From contig OY970061.1 of NCBI GenBank assembly GCA_963705255.1, positions 352,001-416,000 on the forward strand: 64,000 nt of DNA. Direction: 5' to 3'. Numbering within the stretch: position 1 is the first letter of the stretch; every line of letters starts with the position of its first letter. A model generated the notes under the pieces. That model searched no databases, was not told the DNA's origin, and was given only the letters and a program-made list of their open reading frames with translations. The position numbers and the translations under genes are program-made. Source of the stretch: an uncultured Methanoregulaceae archaeon. GTDB lineage: Archaea; Halobacteriota; Methanomicrobia; Methanomicrobiales; Methanospirillaceae. Below, piece after piece: positions 42,341 to 53,327 of the stretch.

Positions 42341-44103
42341 ATGGAAAAAAACGAAATCGCGGTCAATGGCACAGGACCCGTCAGAAAAGGCATAGACTAC
42401 AAGTGGATCGTGCTTTCGATCACCACTATCGAGATGTTCATGGTATCGGTGAATGGGAGCATCACCCTCATCTCGCTGCCCGCGATCTTCAATGGCATCA
42501 ATATCGACCCGCTCACCTCGTTCCAGTACCTGATCTGGGTGCTGATGGGCTACAACCTCGTCACCGCGACCCTGCTCCTCAGTTGCGGCCGGCTCTCGGA
42601 CATGTACGGGAGGGTGAAGTTCTACAATATCGGATTTGCCATCTTCACCCTGGGATCCATACTCCTTTTTCTCACGCCGGACAAGGGTGACGCAGGTGCC
42701 ATTGAGCTGATCGCGTTCCGCCTCGTGCAGGCCGTGGGTGCATCCTTCACCTTCTCCAACAGCGCGGCAATCCTCACCGATGCATTCCCCCCAGACGAAC
42801 GGGGCAAGGCGCTGGGGCTGAACACGATGGCATTCCTCTCGGGCCAGTTCGTAGGTCTCATCCTCGGCGGCATCCTCGCGTTCTATAACTGGCGGTACGT
42901 CTTCCTCGTCAGCGTGCCGGTCGGCATTCTCGGCACGGTATGGGCGTACCTGAAACTGAAGGAGACCCCGCTGCCGAAAAAGGCCCGGAAGATCGATATC
43001 TGGGGCAACGTCACCTTTGTCGGCGGGCTGACGATCCTTCTTGTCGGCATCACATATGCGCTCCTCCCGTACGGGAATGACCCGATGGGATGGGGCAACC
43101 CGTGGGTGATCGCATCGCTCGCCAGCGGCGTCATCCTCCTGATCGCATTCCCGATCATCGAAAACAGGGTCGAGGACCCGATGTTCCGGCTGAGTCTGTT
43201 CAGGATCCGGGTATTCTCCCTTGCCAACACTGCCGGGTTCCTGAGCGCACTGGCCCGGGGCGGCATGATGTTCCTCCTGATCATGCTGCTGCAGGGCATC
43301 TGGCTGCCGCTCCACGGGTACAGCTACGAATCGACACCGTTCTGGGCCGGGATATTCATGCTGCCGCTCACCGCCGGGTTTGTGATCATGGGACCCCTCT
43401 CAGGCTGGCTCTCGGACAAATACGGTTCACGGTTGTTCGCCACTTCCGGTCTGCTCCTCATTGCCCTCTCGTTCCTGATGCTGGCCTCGCTGCCCTATGA
43501 TTTCGATTACCCGGTCTTTGCCCTTGCCCTCATGATCATGGGTCTCGGCAATGGCATGTTCGGCACACCGAATATCGCAGCGATCATGAACTCCGTGCCC
43601 CCGGAGGAGCGCGGTGTCGCATCGGGCATGAGGTCGATGCTCCAGAACAGCGGGATGGTCATCTCCATGGCCCTGTTCTTCACCATCGTCATTGTCAGCC
43701 TGACTCACCTGTTCCCCCCTGAGCTCGCGACATCACTGACCAGTGCCGGGGCCCGGGCCTGATCGTCCCCATGAGCGCAATTCCGCCGACGGGGGCGTTG
43801 TTTGCCGCGTTTCTGGGATATAATCCTGTCAACGCGATCCTGGCAACATTGCCCCCGGCAGTCGTTGCCGCGATCAGCCCGGCGACCCTGAAGGTCCTGA
43901 CCGGCATCACCTGGTTTCCGACAACGCTTGCGCATGGCTTCATGCCGTCGCTCAGGATCTCCTTCTACATTGGTGCCCTGCTCTCGATCATCGCCGCGGT
44001 ATTGGCCTCATTGACCGGGTCACGGTTCGTCCACGAGATCCATGGAATGCAGGGTGAGAAACCCGAACCCGTGGCTGAGCCCGTTATGGATATTGTTGAA
44101 TAA
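42341..44103 (+). CDS. MFS (DHA2/EmrB-like) transporter (frameshift at 43752-43754)
   Basis: [16 protein letters not shown] and many TM helices; continues in ORF 43771..44103. Confidence 0.9.
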
Positions 44104-44261
44104 TATTCCGTCAGTTTGATCGGGGGTCCTGAAACTTCTGCTCTCAGATTCACGCTGAAAAATGCCTTTTGATTGGGACTCCGGCATACCTGTTTCTGCA
44201 GGTCTCCCAAACCCCCCAGAATTTTTCTGTACCCTCCGGCGGAACCGGACCAGATTTACCG

Positions 44262-45014
44262 TCACGTCAACGCTGTGCGCCGCTCTTTCATCCAGTCGTG
44301 AGAGAAGACCTCTGCCTCGCCGCTTACGATCCCCCCGGCAATCTTCCCGGAGACGAATTCTGCTGAGTCCGGCGGGTACGGGCCGGTCGGTTCCCGTTCA
44401 TCTTCGGGCACCGGGACCGCCCGGATAGTATTCTTCTCGAAACCGGTAAGGGTAATGTACGGGTAAACGACGCTGACAACGATATTGTCAGCCTGCAGTT
44501 CCTCCCGGGCGGCAAGACTGATGCCGGCCAGTGCCCGCTTGGAGGATGAATACGGGCTCATGCCCGGCAGATTCATCAGTGCGGTCCCGGAACTGATGTT
44601 GAGGATCGTCCCCCCGCCCTGTGCCCTCATGATCGGGATCACCTGCTGCATGGCGACGAGCGGCCCGATGACATTCAGGTCATAAATGTACCGGAACGTG
44701 GGGATTTCTGTCTTTTCAACCGGGGCATCATACCCCTGCCCCGCATTATTGACCAGGATGTCGATCCTGCCAAAATATTCCATCGCCCTGCTGATCATCT
44801 TCCGGATCTGCGGAATCTTTGTCATGTCGGCAGGAAAGGCGCGGGAACCAGGAAGTGTGCCGGATAGTTCCTCAAGTATCCCCCTGGATCGCGAGACAAG
44901 GCCGACCCTGACGCCATTTTCTGCAAGGAGCTGTGCGGTCGCACGGCCTATCCCGGAAGAAGCGCCGGTGACGATCGCGGTTTTCCCCCGTAACACTGAA
45001 AAATCCTCATGCAT
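44262..45014 (-). CDS. SDR family oxidoreductase
   Basis: TGASSGIG, NNAG and YSSSK motifs. Confidence 0.93.
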   Translation of the reverse strand: MHEDFSVLRGKTAIVTGASSGIGRATAQLLAENGVRVGLVSRSRGILEELSGTLPGSRAFPADMTKIPQIRKMISRAMEYFGRIDILVNNAGQGYDAPVEKTEIPTFRYIYDLNVIGPLVAMQQVIPIMRAQGGGTILNISSGTALMNLPGMSPYSSSKRALAGISLAAREELQADNIVVSVVYPYITLTGFEKNTIRAVPVPEDEREPTGPYPPDSAEFVSGKIAGGIVSGEAEVFSHDWMKERRTALT

Positions 45015-45429
45015 GGATCAATAACCACCTCATCCCTTTACAGGATTTGAGCGAGTATGTGTGCCGGGAAGTAATAGAGTTTTCACCATGTTTCAAAAAC
45101 CGATCGATATCCGCCCATCCCGGGCATCATCTGAATTCTAATCGGTCGTCCGTAGTGCCGGGATCAGGGTTGCAGGGCCCGGTCTTGACAGGCCTGCAGG
45201 ACCGGGCGACGGGATGTCCCCTCCGGTACATGTCCCGGATTGTACGGTTTGGGAGAAAAGATACTAGTGAGAGTACATATGGGCAGCCGGATTTATGTCA
45301 CCAGCGATGGAACATGACCGTTTTTCGTCACAGATTATCCGGAAAAATGGATACCCTGATAGGTTATTTCAATGAAAATCCCGGAAGAAATGGTATTGTA
45401 TTTCAGGGTGCGTTCCTCTGATGCTGTTC

Positions 45430-46176
45430 CTAAATCCCTTTCACCAGGTTCCGCCTCTGGATCACCTTAGCACACCCAATGAACACCAGGATCACGAGCA
45501 CGAGAACCAGGGAATCGACCCATGGCGGGTAGACCGCGTCGCCGTTCAGGCTTGCGTGGAAGAGGTCAACGAGGTACGTGAGCGGGGAGAGGGAGGTGAG
45601 GATCGATTCCCAGCCGGCCAGCTGGCTGAGCGGGATGAAGATGCCCGAGACGAAGATGAGCGGGAGCCGGACGAGGCTCGAGAGCATCATGATATTCGAC
45701 GGGTTGTCCGTTGTCGGTGAGGCGAGCAGAGTTCCGAGCGCTGCAAACGTGATCGACCCGAGCACGAGCGAGAGGGCGAGGAGCCCGATATGGGCGAGGG
45801 GGAGCCGGAGGAGCACCGCAGAGACCACGAAGACGATTGCCGTGATGCCAACGCCGAAGATCGCACCGGCCATCAGGTCGCCGATGATGATGCTCTCGAG
45901 GATCACGGGGAGGGAGACGAGACGCTCGTAGGTCTTCTCCCGCTTCTCCCACGGAGTGATCAGGGGGCCGACCGAGGACGCGGTAAAGAAGAGCATCATC
46001 CCGAGGAACCCCGGGAAGAAGAGAACGATGTCGAGGTTCCGGCCTATGAAGAACGTGAAGAACATGATGAGGGGGAAGAGCAGGCCGAAGACCACCACCG
46101 GCCCCTTGAAGTAATAGATCCGCATGTTCTTCTCGGTGACGACAGCGATGCTGCGGAGAAAGACATTCCAGTCCAT
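45430..46176 (-). CDS. ABC-2 type transporter permease
   Basis: Six TM helices; ERL..LP, SGIFIP and PLTYLVD motifs. Confidence 0.9.
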   Translation of the reverse strand: MDWNVFLRSIAVVTEKNMRIYYFKGPVVVFGLLFPLIMFFTFFIGRNLDIVLFFPGFLGMMLFFTASSVGPLITPWEKREKTYERLVSLPVILESIIIGDLMAGAIFGVGITAIVFVVSAVLLRLPLAHIGLLALSLVLGSITFAALGTLLASPTTDNPSNIMMLSSLVRLPLIFVSGIFIPLSQLAGWESILTSLSPLTYLVDLFHASLNGDAVYPPWVDSLVLVLVILVFIGCAKVIQRRNLVKGI

Positions 46177-46177
46177 C

Positions 46178-47095
46178 TTACACGTCTCCGGTGAGCCGGA
46201 CAAACGCCTCTTCGAGCGTAGGGTTCGAGGTCGCGATGGAGACGATGGTCAGGTGGTCCCGCTCCGCTGCAGAAGCAAGGTATTTCACGGCCCGGTCCGG
46301 GTCGTCCGTGAAGACCCGCCACTTGTCCCCCCATGGCTCCGCCCGGGTAATCCCCGGGGCAGAAAACAGCCCGGGTCCCACCGGCTGGTCGAACGAGATC
46401 TCGACGTACCGGGAAGTGTCGAAGGTCTTCTTGAGTTTCTCCGGGCTGCCGGTCGCCACGATCTTCCCCTTGTTGATGATGCTGATCATCGAGCAGAGCG
46501 CGTTGGCCTCCTCGATGTTGTGCGTGGTGAGGAGGATCGTGCTGCCCTGCTCGCTCATGTGCCGGACCGTATCGATCACGAGCCGGCGGCTGTACACGTC
46601 CAGCCCCGTGGTTGGTTCATCGAGGATCAGGACCGGCGGCGAGTGGACGATGGCACACGCGATGCTGATCCGCTGGCGCATACCTTTCGAGAATGTCCGG
46701 ACGATATCGTTTCTCCGTTCCTCAAGCCCGAGCCGTGCGAGGATCTCCCCGGCACGGCGTTCGCGGCTCGCCCGGTCCATGCCAAAAAATTTTGCGGTGA
46801 CGAGGATGTTCTGTTCCGCGGTGAGATCGCTGTACACCGTGCCGTTCTCGGGGATGACACCCATCTTCAGCTTGGCGGTGAGCGGGTCTTTGTCCACATC
46901 CGTCCCAAGGACCTGCACCGTTCCGGTGTCCGGTATCAGCACGCCGGTGATCATCCGGATTGTCGTGGTCTTCCCGGCACCGTTCGGGCCGAGGAACCCG
47001 AAGATGCCGCCTTCCGGGATAGTGATACTGACATTGTCAACGGCGGTTACGGGCCCGAACGACTTGCGGAGATTTTTCGCTTCTATTGCGTCCAT
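46178..47095 (-). CDS. ABC transporter ATP-binding protein (DrrA-like)
   Basis: GPNGAGKTT, FSKGMRQR and LDEPTTGLD motifs. Confidence 0.95.
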   Translation of the reverse strand: MDAIEAKNLRKSFGPVTAVDNVSITIPEGGIFGFLGPNGAGKTTTIRMITGVLIPDTGTVQVLGTDVDKDPLTAKLKMGVIPENGTVYSDLTAEQNILVTAKFFGMDRASRERRAGEILARLGLEERRNDIVRTFSKGMRQRISIACAIVHSPPVLILDEPTTGLDVYSRRLVIDTVRHMSEQGSTILLTTHNIEEANALCSMISIINKGKIVATGSPEKLKKTFDTSRYVEISFDQPVGPGLFSAPGITRAEPWGDKWRVFTDDPDRAVKYLASAAERDHLTIVSIATSNPTLEEAFVRLTGDV

Positions 47096-47387
47096 ACGTG
47101 GTGTTCCGGAAGCAAGATTGCAGAGCAAAACCATATGAGGGTATCTATTATCATGCCCCACGGAACAACCATAGAAGGTCTGTGCAGGGTATCCGGGATT
47201 GATCGCTTCGGATGCATGGAGATGATGGGTACGGAACGGAGAGCCGGAACGCAGTATTTATATTCGTGCCGGGAAAACGCCCCGTATCCTCGCTGATGCG
47301 ACGATTAATTCCCGGCCGTCAGGGCACCCCCTATCGCGATAGCCCTCAGGTGGTTGGCGAAAATCTTTTGAAAAGAAGGGGAATAAA

Positions 47388-47459
47388 AAGAGGAGGTCAT
47401 CCTCATAACCACCTGAAATTATACGCCAATGTATTGGAAAATAGGATCTCTCCAGAGAT
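47388..47459 (+). mobile_element. MITE remnant (C-type end)
   Basis: cctcataaccacctgaaattatacg...gaaaataggatctctccagag matches the ends at 54906-54962 and 60060-60082. Confidence 0.65.
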
Positions 47460-47550
47460 CTGATCTCTTCAGTATAGAGGTCACGGTCCCCCGCCCCCCC
47501 TTTAAGGGAGGCCCTGGCTTAAGAGGAGGGTCCTCGCTATGGTCTGTCAT

Positions 47551-48162
47551 TCAAAGTAATTCAGGATCAAAAAATTGAGGGGAACTGAGATCCATCTCGC
47601 GCTCAAGGGTCGCGAGAAAACCGGCGAGGAACTCATGCCTCTCCCTGGCAATATCCCGAGCTGTTTCCGTGTGTATGAGGTCCTTTAATTTCAGCAGTTT
47701 GTCATGGAAATGTTCCACGGCGTCATTGACCGTCCCCCCGTGCTCTGCCGCCCGCATGAACGTCCGGCCTATTCCAACCGCGCCCATGGCATCCAGCTTG
47801 TCCGCATCGGCAAGTATCCGGGCTTCAGGAGTACCCGGCGTTTCCTTCGACCGAAAACGGTGGGTGCGGATTGCGTGGGTAATCGGGGGGATAAGATCTT
47901 CATTGTACCCGATGGATCGAAGGAACCGCTCCGCAATTTGCGCTCCTTCAGCTTCATGGGGAGTCCCTTTCTCCTTTTCGACCGGACGCCCGATATCATG
48001 GAGAAGTGCAGCAGGGAGCAGGATCCCCATGTCCGCATGTTCGTGGACCCCGATCGTCTCACAGAGGCGGGTGACCCGTTCAACATGGTCGAGACCATGC
48101 GAACCGCCCTGACCAAGAACGCTTTTTACATACTCGTGGATCTTTTCTGTCTTCTCATTCAT
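47551..48162 (-). CDS. HD-domain phosphohydrolase
   Basis: HG..H..RV, LLHDIG and DADKLDA.GA.G motifs. Confidence 0.9.
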   Translation of the reverse strand: MNEKTEKIHEYVKSVLGQGGSHGLDHVERVTRLCETIGVHEHADMGILLPAALLHDIGRPVEKEKGTPHEAEGAQIAERFLRSIGYNEDLIPPITHAIRTHRFRSKETPGTPEARILADADKLDAMGAVGIGRTFMRAAEHGGTVNDAVEHFHDKLLKLKDLIHTETARDIARERHEFLAGFLATLEREMDLSSPQFFDPELL

Positions 48163-48537
48163 GCAGCCCGGATCTCCGGTCAGATCTTCGGCTGGCCGGT
48201 ATAAATCCTCCTGCATTTAGCCTGCCCGTAGCTGCACCTGCAGTATCTTTCATATGAAACCGGCTCACGGAAGCTAGTCACGGAAAACTGTGGCTCCCGG
48301 AATGCCGGAAATTGCGCCGGTGTCCCGCCGTCACTCAGATTGCCCGGGCCAGACCGTCCGGCATTTGGCTCTGTCCGTCTTGAGCGCCGGAAGGCGGCAG
48401 GCCCTGTTCCGGATTTTACAACCGTTACAAATATCCGGGAATATCATTTCGTATTTGTCAGAGTTCATCAGGATGCATTTTGAAAGGAAGGAAAACGCAT
48501 TTATTCTGGCCGAGCATGAGTGGAAAGCGTGGATAGT

Positions 48538-48963
48538 ATGGATGAAGAGAAGACAAGTCCGAATACCGCGATCGTCCTTTCTTACATAGGCGGGGCGCTG
48601 ATCCTGGTCGCGGGGATCATTACGCTCGGTGTTGGAACGACGTTCATGTACGGGATGATGGGCAGGATGATGTACGGGTACGGAACGGGTCCCATCGGCC
48701 CGCTGATGGCGGGCATGGGGATACTCGGGATCATCTTTGGGGCAATTGTGATCATCGGGACCTATATGATTGGATCCAGCCCTGTACCCTCGCACACGAG
48801 CTGGGGGATCATTATCCTCCTGTTCTCTGCCATGAGTTTTATCAGCGGGGGAGGATTTTATATCGGAGGGGTGCTCGGAATTATCGGGGGTATCCTTGCC
48901 ATAATCTGGAAACCTGCAACCGTGAACGAATCCCCGAAAATCCCGGATAATTCTCTGACATGA
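48538..48963 (+). CDS. Gly-rich membrane protein
   Basis: Four hydrophobic Gly-rich helices; GGFYIGGVLGIIGGILA. Confidence 0.75.
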   Translation: MDEEKTSPNTAIVLSYIGGALILVAGIITLGVGTTFMYGMMGRMMYGYGTGPIGPLMAGMGILGIIFGAIVIIGTYMIGSSPVPSHTSWGIIILLFSAMSFISGGGFYIGGVLGIIGGILAIIWKPATVNESPKIPDNSLT

Positions 48964-49087
48964 AACTGGCAGGAGTGAGGCGGATCGGAATGGAACTGAT
49001 ACGGCTGTACGCCAGTCACGCCCGAGGCCCTGCCCGGTGTCCCGGGAACGGTAAAAAAGGCGTCTTGCATTGACGGAAGACGAAACA

Positions 49088-50248
49088 ATGACAGAACCTG
49101 CTTCAGCGATCATGCTGGAATTTGCCCGGATGACCGGGCTTGACCCGACCGGCGAGCACCCGAAACGGTATCTCTGGACAGATGCGTTTGCGGTCTGCAA
49201 TTTTCTCTCGTTGTACCGAGAGACTGATAACCCGGAATGGATGGACCGTGCCCTGCGTCTCATCCATCAGGTACATCATCTCCTCGGAAAACACCGCGGC
49301 GATGACCTGCGGACAGGCTGGATCAGCGGTCTTTCATCTGGGGGAGGAGAGATCCACCCGACAATCGGGGGCCTGCGGATTGGCAAGAGGCTGAAGGAAC
49401 GGAACTTTCACGAACCTTATGACGAACGGCTTGAGTGGGACCAGGACGGGCAGTACTTCCACTACCTGACCCGGTGGATGCATGCCCTTGCCTGCACCAG
49501 CCGGGTGAGCGGGGACCCGAAGTACTTGCGGTGGGCGGTTGAACTCGCAGGTTCAGCGCATGCCCGCTTCACGTACTCCCCGGTATCCGGTGGGAAAAAG
49601 AGGATGTACTGGAAGATGAGCATCGATCTTTCACGGCCGCTTGTTCCCTCCATGGGACAGCACGATCCCCTTGACGGGTATGTCACTTACCGCGAGCTCC
49701 AGACAGCATCATCCGGGTGTCCGGGGCAGGATCAACCGACATTGCTCGCCTTCGAGATCGCTGAGATGGCGGACATCTGCCGGGGGACCTACCTGCCTAC
49801 CGATGACCCGCTTGGAACCGGCGGGCTCATGATCGATGCTGCCCGGATCGGACAGATCATCATCGGGAATGGCTGCACCTTAGAAAATCTGCTCCTTTCC
49901 GTACTGGATGCAGCCATCCCTGGCATTGAGGCGTTTGAAAAAAGCCGCACTGTTCACCAGCCTGCCGGGTACATGCTTGCATTCCGCGAATTGGGCCTCT
50001 CGATCGGGCTGAAAGGAGCAGCGATGCTCGCTGGACTGATACGGGAAAACCCGGGGAATTTTGCTGCTGCTGGGGTAGTAGAGCAGAAAGTTGACAGGCT
50101 TGCAGGGTATCTTCCGCTTGCAGGTACGATCGAAAGGTTCTGGATGGACGAGAGAAACCAGGAACCTCCTGCCTGGACGGAACACCGTGAGATCAACCTG
50201 GTGATGCTGGCCACGAGCCTGCTTCCCGATGAATTTCTCCGGATTTAG
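49088..50248 (+). CDS. Hypothetical protein, possibly alpha/alpha-toroid
   Basis: RYLWTDAFAV, DGQYFHYLTRW, MYWKMSIDL, GQHDP and H.EIN.VM blocks look conserved. Confidence 0.75.
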   Translation: MTEPASAIMLEFARMTGLDPTGEHPKRYLWTDAFAVCNFLSLYRETDNPEWMDRALRLIHQVHHLLGKHRGDDLRTGWISGLSSGGGEIHPTIGGLRIGKRLKERNFHEPYDERLEWDQDGQYFHYLTRWMHALACTSRVSGDPKYLRWAVELAGSAHARFTYSPVSGGKKRMYWKMSIDLSRPLVPSMGQHDPLDGYVTYRELQTASSGCPGQDQPTLLAFEIAEMADICRGTYLPTDDPLGTGGLMIDAARIGQIIIGNGCTLENLLLSVLDAAIPGIEAFEKSRTVHQPAGYMLAFRELGLSIGLKGAAMLAGLIRENPGNFAAAGVVEQKVDRLAGYLPLAGTIERFWMDERNQEPPAWTEHREINLVMLATSLLPDEFLRI

Positions 50249-50466
50249 GACGGGAAAAAATCCATGGACGAGTCCGGCATAATTCCCGTTTTCCGTGTTG
50301 TCATGATGACGGGCTGAATATACCGTCTTCACGAAGATACGTATGCCTGGGGCACGTTTCGTGAATATCCTGCACTCGATCGCTGCCCGTTACCGGAACG
50401 GGTCAGGGATCCACATCTGGATACAGGAACGAAAGCTGAACGCCGGGAATAACAACAGTAAAAAAG

Positions 50467-50646
50467 TTAGAACCGGGGTTTCCGGTGTTTCGGGAGGCAG
50501 TCACGGCAGTATACCGGCCTGCCCTCTGTCGGCTTGAAGGGAACTTCGCACTCCTTTCCGCAGTCCGAACAGGTAGTTTTCGTCATTTCGCGGGGTCCAA
50601 AGTCCCTGGGCCCCCTGTTTCCACCAAAATTATTTGATCCGTACAT
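50467..50646 (-). CDS. CxxC-x17-CxxC domain protein
   Basis: CSDCGKECEVPFKP..GRPVYCRDC; lies downstream of aIF-1A copy 2. Confidence 0.9.
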   Translation of the reverse strand: MYGSNNFGGNRGPRDFGPREMTKTTCSDCGKECEVPFKPTEGRPVYCRDCLPKHRKPRF

Positions 50647-50746
50647 AGTTTTTCTCAAACAGTTTTAAAAAACTGTGCAGCATTATCTGTGGGCAGAGTA
50701 TAATAATTGCCGGGTCGTGCAGCCGTACACCATGAAAAAGAGGGTA

Positions 50747-51082
50747 TCAGAGATACCGGTTTTTCCGCAGCCAGTCCGCCTGCGGAGGCAGGTACCGGTA
50801 CAGGATGTCGCATTTCTCGTCCTGGAAACTCCACGGGACGACGATGAGGATGTCGCCTTCCCGGATCCACGACCGTTTCTTGATCTTGCCTTTAATCCTG
50901 CCCATCCGTTCAACCCCGTCCTGGCATCGGACCCGGATATGGTTTGCTCCCAGCATCAGTCCGGCGCAGGCAAACTGTTCGCGGTTCTTCTTCTTTGGCA
51001 GGCGTACACGGACAACCGGTGCCCCGTCGGCGTCAAATTCTGTAGCATCTTCTGAGCCAGGTTTTTTTGCGAAGTTGCTAAT
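50747..51082 (-). CDS. eif1a: aIF-1A (copy 2); start probably ATT at 51082 (TTG at 51091 is the alternative)
   Basis: Same motifs as copy 1; ISNFAKK aligns with MSGFHKK. Confidence 0.92.
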   Translation of the reverse strand: MSNFAKKPGSEDATEFDADGAPVVRVRLPKKKNREQFACAGLMLGANHIRVRCQDGVERMGRIKGKIKKRSWIREGDILIVVPWSFQDEKCDILYRYLPPQADWLRKNRYL

Positions 51083-51291
51083 TAAATACAACCCCCGAGA
51101 TGTACACCAATGGTGCCCGGAACGATGAAAGTATGTATTGGGCAAAAACGTTTTCATCTCCGGCAGCAGAGTCTCGATCGAACATGTTACCCTGCAGCAG
51201 CTCTGACTGAAAGATCGGAAACTTGTGGAAGGTACCGGCTTAACCTGATGGGACTGACGGCAAGGGGTAACTATCCAGATTTGGTATATCC

Positions 51292-52998
51292 ATGATCCTT
51301 TTTACGATCCTTGCATTCTTCTGTCTTATATCAGCATTCATCACCTGTGGTCTTGGTTTTTTTGTTTTCTCGAAAAATCCTTCAAAATCGGTCAACCGTC
51401 TCTTCCTTGCAGTCATGCTGGCAACCTGGTACTGGGCAGTCGGAGAATTCCTTATCTGGGAGTCATCGGGATATGGTGATGTCCGGTTCTGGCTGAAGGC
51501 GAGCTCGTTCTGGCCATTCGTCATGGCTCTGACCGTTCATTTCATCCTCACGTGCACCGAACACCCGCTATCGAAACCGGAGAACGGCAGTATTCTTTTT
51601 GTTATCCTGTATCTGCCTTCAACGGTAATTTCCCTGATCGGGCTGTTCACCGATGCGGCTTACACCGTGGTAAACCAACCGGGAATTGGCTATGTCTACC
51701 TCCCCCTCCGGGACAGTCTGGCCTACCGGATCGAAGCCATGTATATTCTTCTCATCATGGTCTTTGGTGCGTACCTGTGCATTTCAGCCTGGCAGCGGGG
51801 TGGCCCGCTAAAAATCCGCAGGCAGAACCGGCTCCTGGGTGTCGGCATCGTAACTGTTATTGTCTTTGGCGCTGTGTCCGGGTTGATCCTCCCGGCATAC
51901 GGCATACCTTTCCCGAATCTCGTTTTCATCGGAATTGTTTTATTCTCCCTGATTATCACGTATGCCATCGTGAGGTACGGGCTTTTTACGTTAAGTGCGG
52001 AGACGGCTGTCCCGGATATCCTCAAGACCATGCCGGACGGTCTTGTCCTTGCTGACATGGACGGTCGGATCATTACGGTTAATGCATCGGCAGCAAGAAT
52101 CTTCCGGGCAGGGGAGAAGTCCCTTGCCGGCCGTCCGCTCGAAACCCTCCTTCCCCAGCCGGTCCATGCCTCGATCAGGTCCGCGATCCGGGACCGGGAA
52201 ACGTTTCTTGACCTTGAAGCGGTTCTTGACCGGACGGAAAATACCGTGGTCAGCATGGCGGGTTCACTCATAAGGGACCCCGAAGGAGAACCTGCAGGTT
52301 TTATCTTGATCATCCGGGATATCACCAGCCGGAAGGCATCCGAACGGGCGCTTCGGGTAGCCAATGAAAAGATATCCCTTTTGACCCAGCTCACCCGCCA
52401 CGATATCCTCAACCTTATCACGGCCCTTGCCAGTTTCCTGACCCTCCTGCAGGAGACAAACGCCGGCAAGGAAGGTGAAAAGTATGTCACTTCCTGCATG
52501 GAAGTAGTGCAGAAGATCGACCGTCACCTCGAGTTCTCCCGGGAATACCAGAATATCGGTTCGCACCAGCCCGTCTGGCAGCCGGTTGCGCAGATGATAG
52601 CCCGTGCTGTCTCTGACCTCGCTCATGAAGGGACCACCATTCTGATGCAGGTAGAACCGGTGGAAATCTATGCAGATCCGCTCTCGGTCAAGGTCTTCTA
52701 TAACCTGCTGGAGAACGCTCTCCGCCATGGGGACACTATTACGCAGATACGGGTCTCATCAGAAAAGCGGCCAGATGGGGAACTTGTCCTCATGTTCGAA
52801 GATAACGGTGCCGGTGTCCGTGATGAGGATAAGGACCGGATCTTCCAGTACGGTTTCGGGAAACATACCGGCCTTGGTCTGGCCCTTTCTCGGGATATCC
52901 TTGCGGTTACGGGAATTTCGATCAACGAGAACGGAATGTGGGGACACGGAGCACGGTTTGAGATCCATGTCCCACCGGCCGGGTGGAGAACTACCTGA
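51292..52998 (+). CDS. 7TM (HisKA_7TM-like)-PAS histidine kinase
   Basis: Seven TM helices, PAS, LTRHDILN, NLLENA, DNGAG and GFGKHTGLGL. Confidence 0.92.
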   Translation: MILFTILAFFCLISAFITCGLGFFVFSKNPSKSVNRLFLAVMLATWYWAVGEFLIWESSGYGDVRFWLKASSFWPFVMALTVHFILTCTEHPLSKPENGSILFVILYLPSTVISLIGLFTDAAYTVVNQPGIGYVYLPLRDSLAYRIEAMYILLIMVFGAYLCISAWQRGGPLKIRRQNRLLGVGIVTVIVFGAVSGLILPAYGIPFPNLVFIGIVLFSLIITYAIVRYGLFTLSAETAVPDILKTMPDGLVLADMDGRIITVNASAARIFRAGEKSLAGRPLETLLPQPVHASIRSAIRDRETFLDLEAVLDRTENTVVSMAGSLIRDPEGEPAGFILIIRDITSRKASERALRVANEKISLLTQLTRHDILNLITALASFLTLLQETNAGKEGEKYVTSCMEVVQKIDRHLEFSREYQNIGSHQPVWQPVAQMIARAVSDLAHEGTTILMQVEPVEIYADPLSVKVFYNLLENALRHGDTITQIRVSSEKRPDGELVLMFEDNGAGVRDEDKDRIFQYGFGKHTGLGLALSRDILAVTGISINENGMWGHGARFEIHVPPAGWRTT

Positions 52999-53144
52999 TC
53001 CCGTCATTTCCTAATCATCTCCCTTCGCATTTTCTTCCACAGGATGTTGATTCCCCTCAATTATCCTGTTCTGCCGCTCATCGGAAGAGCGTACCCGGGC
53101 ACGGTTACTTAATTCATGATATACTATACTACTATGGTGATCCT

Positions 53145-53327
53145 ATGTCAAAACGGGCAGTTGACATGGTTTTTCAGGCTACATATACCCTTACTGATCT
53201 CCGGGTCCTCCTCCGGGAAACAGCACCCCGTCATGAATTCAGTCCCGACCAGACGGCCGAAATACAGCGTCTTCTGGAAAATCTTGAGCGCCAGGTGGCC
53301 TCTCTGAAACAGGAGATGCTGAGATGA
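53145..53327 (+). CDS. Small hypothetical protein coupled to pscS
   Basis: ggtga RBS; the stop overlaps the pscS start (ATGA). Confidence 0.7.
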   Translation: MSKRAVDMVFQATYTLTDLRVLLRETAPRHEFSPDQTAEIQRLLENLERQVASLKQEMLR

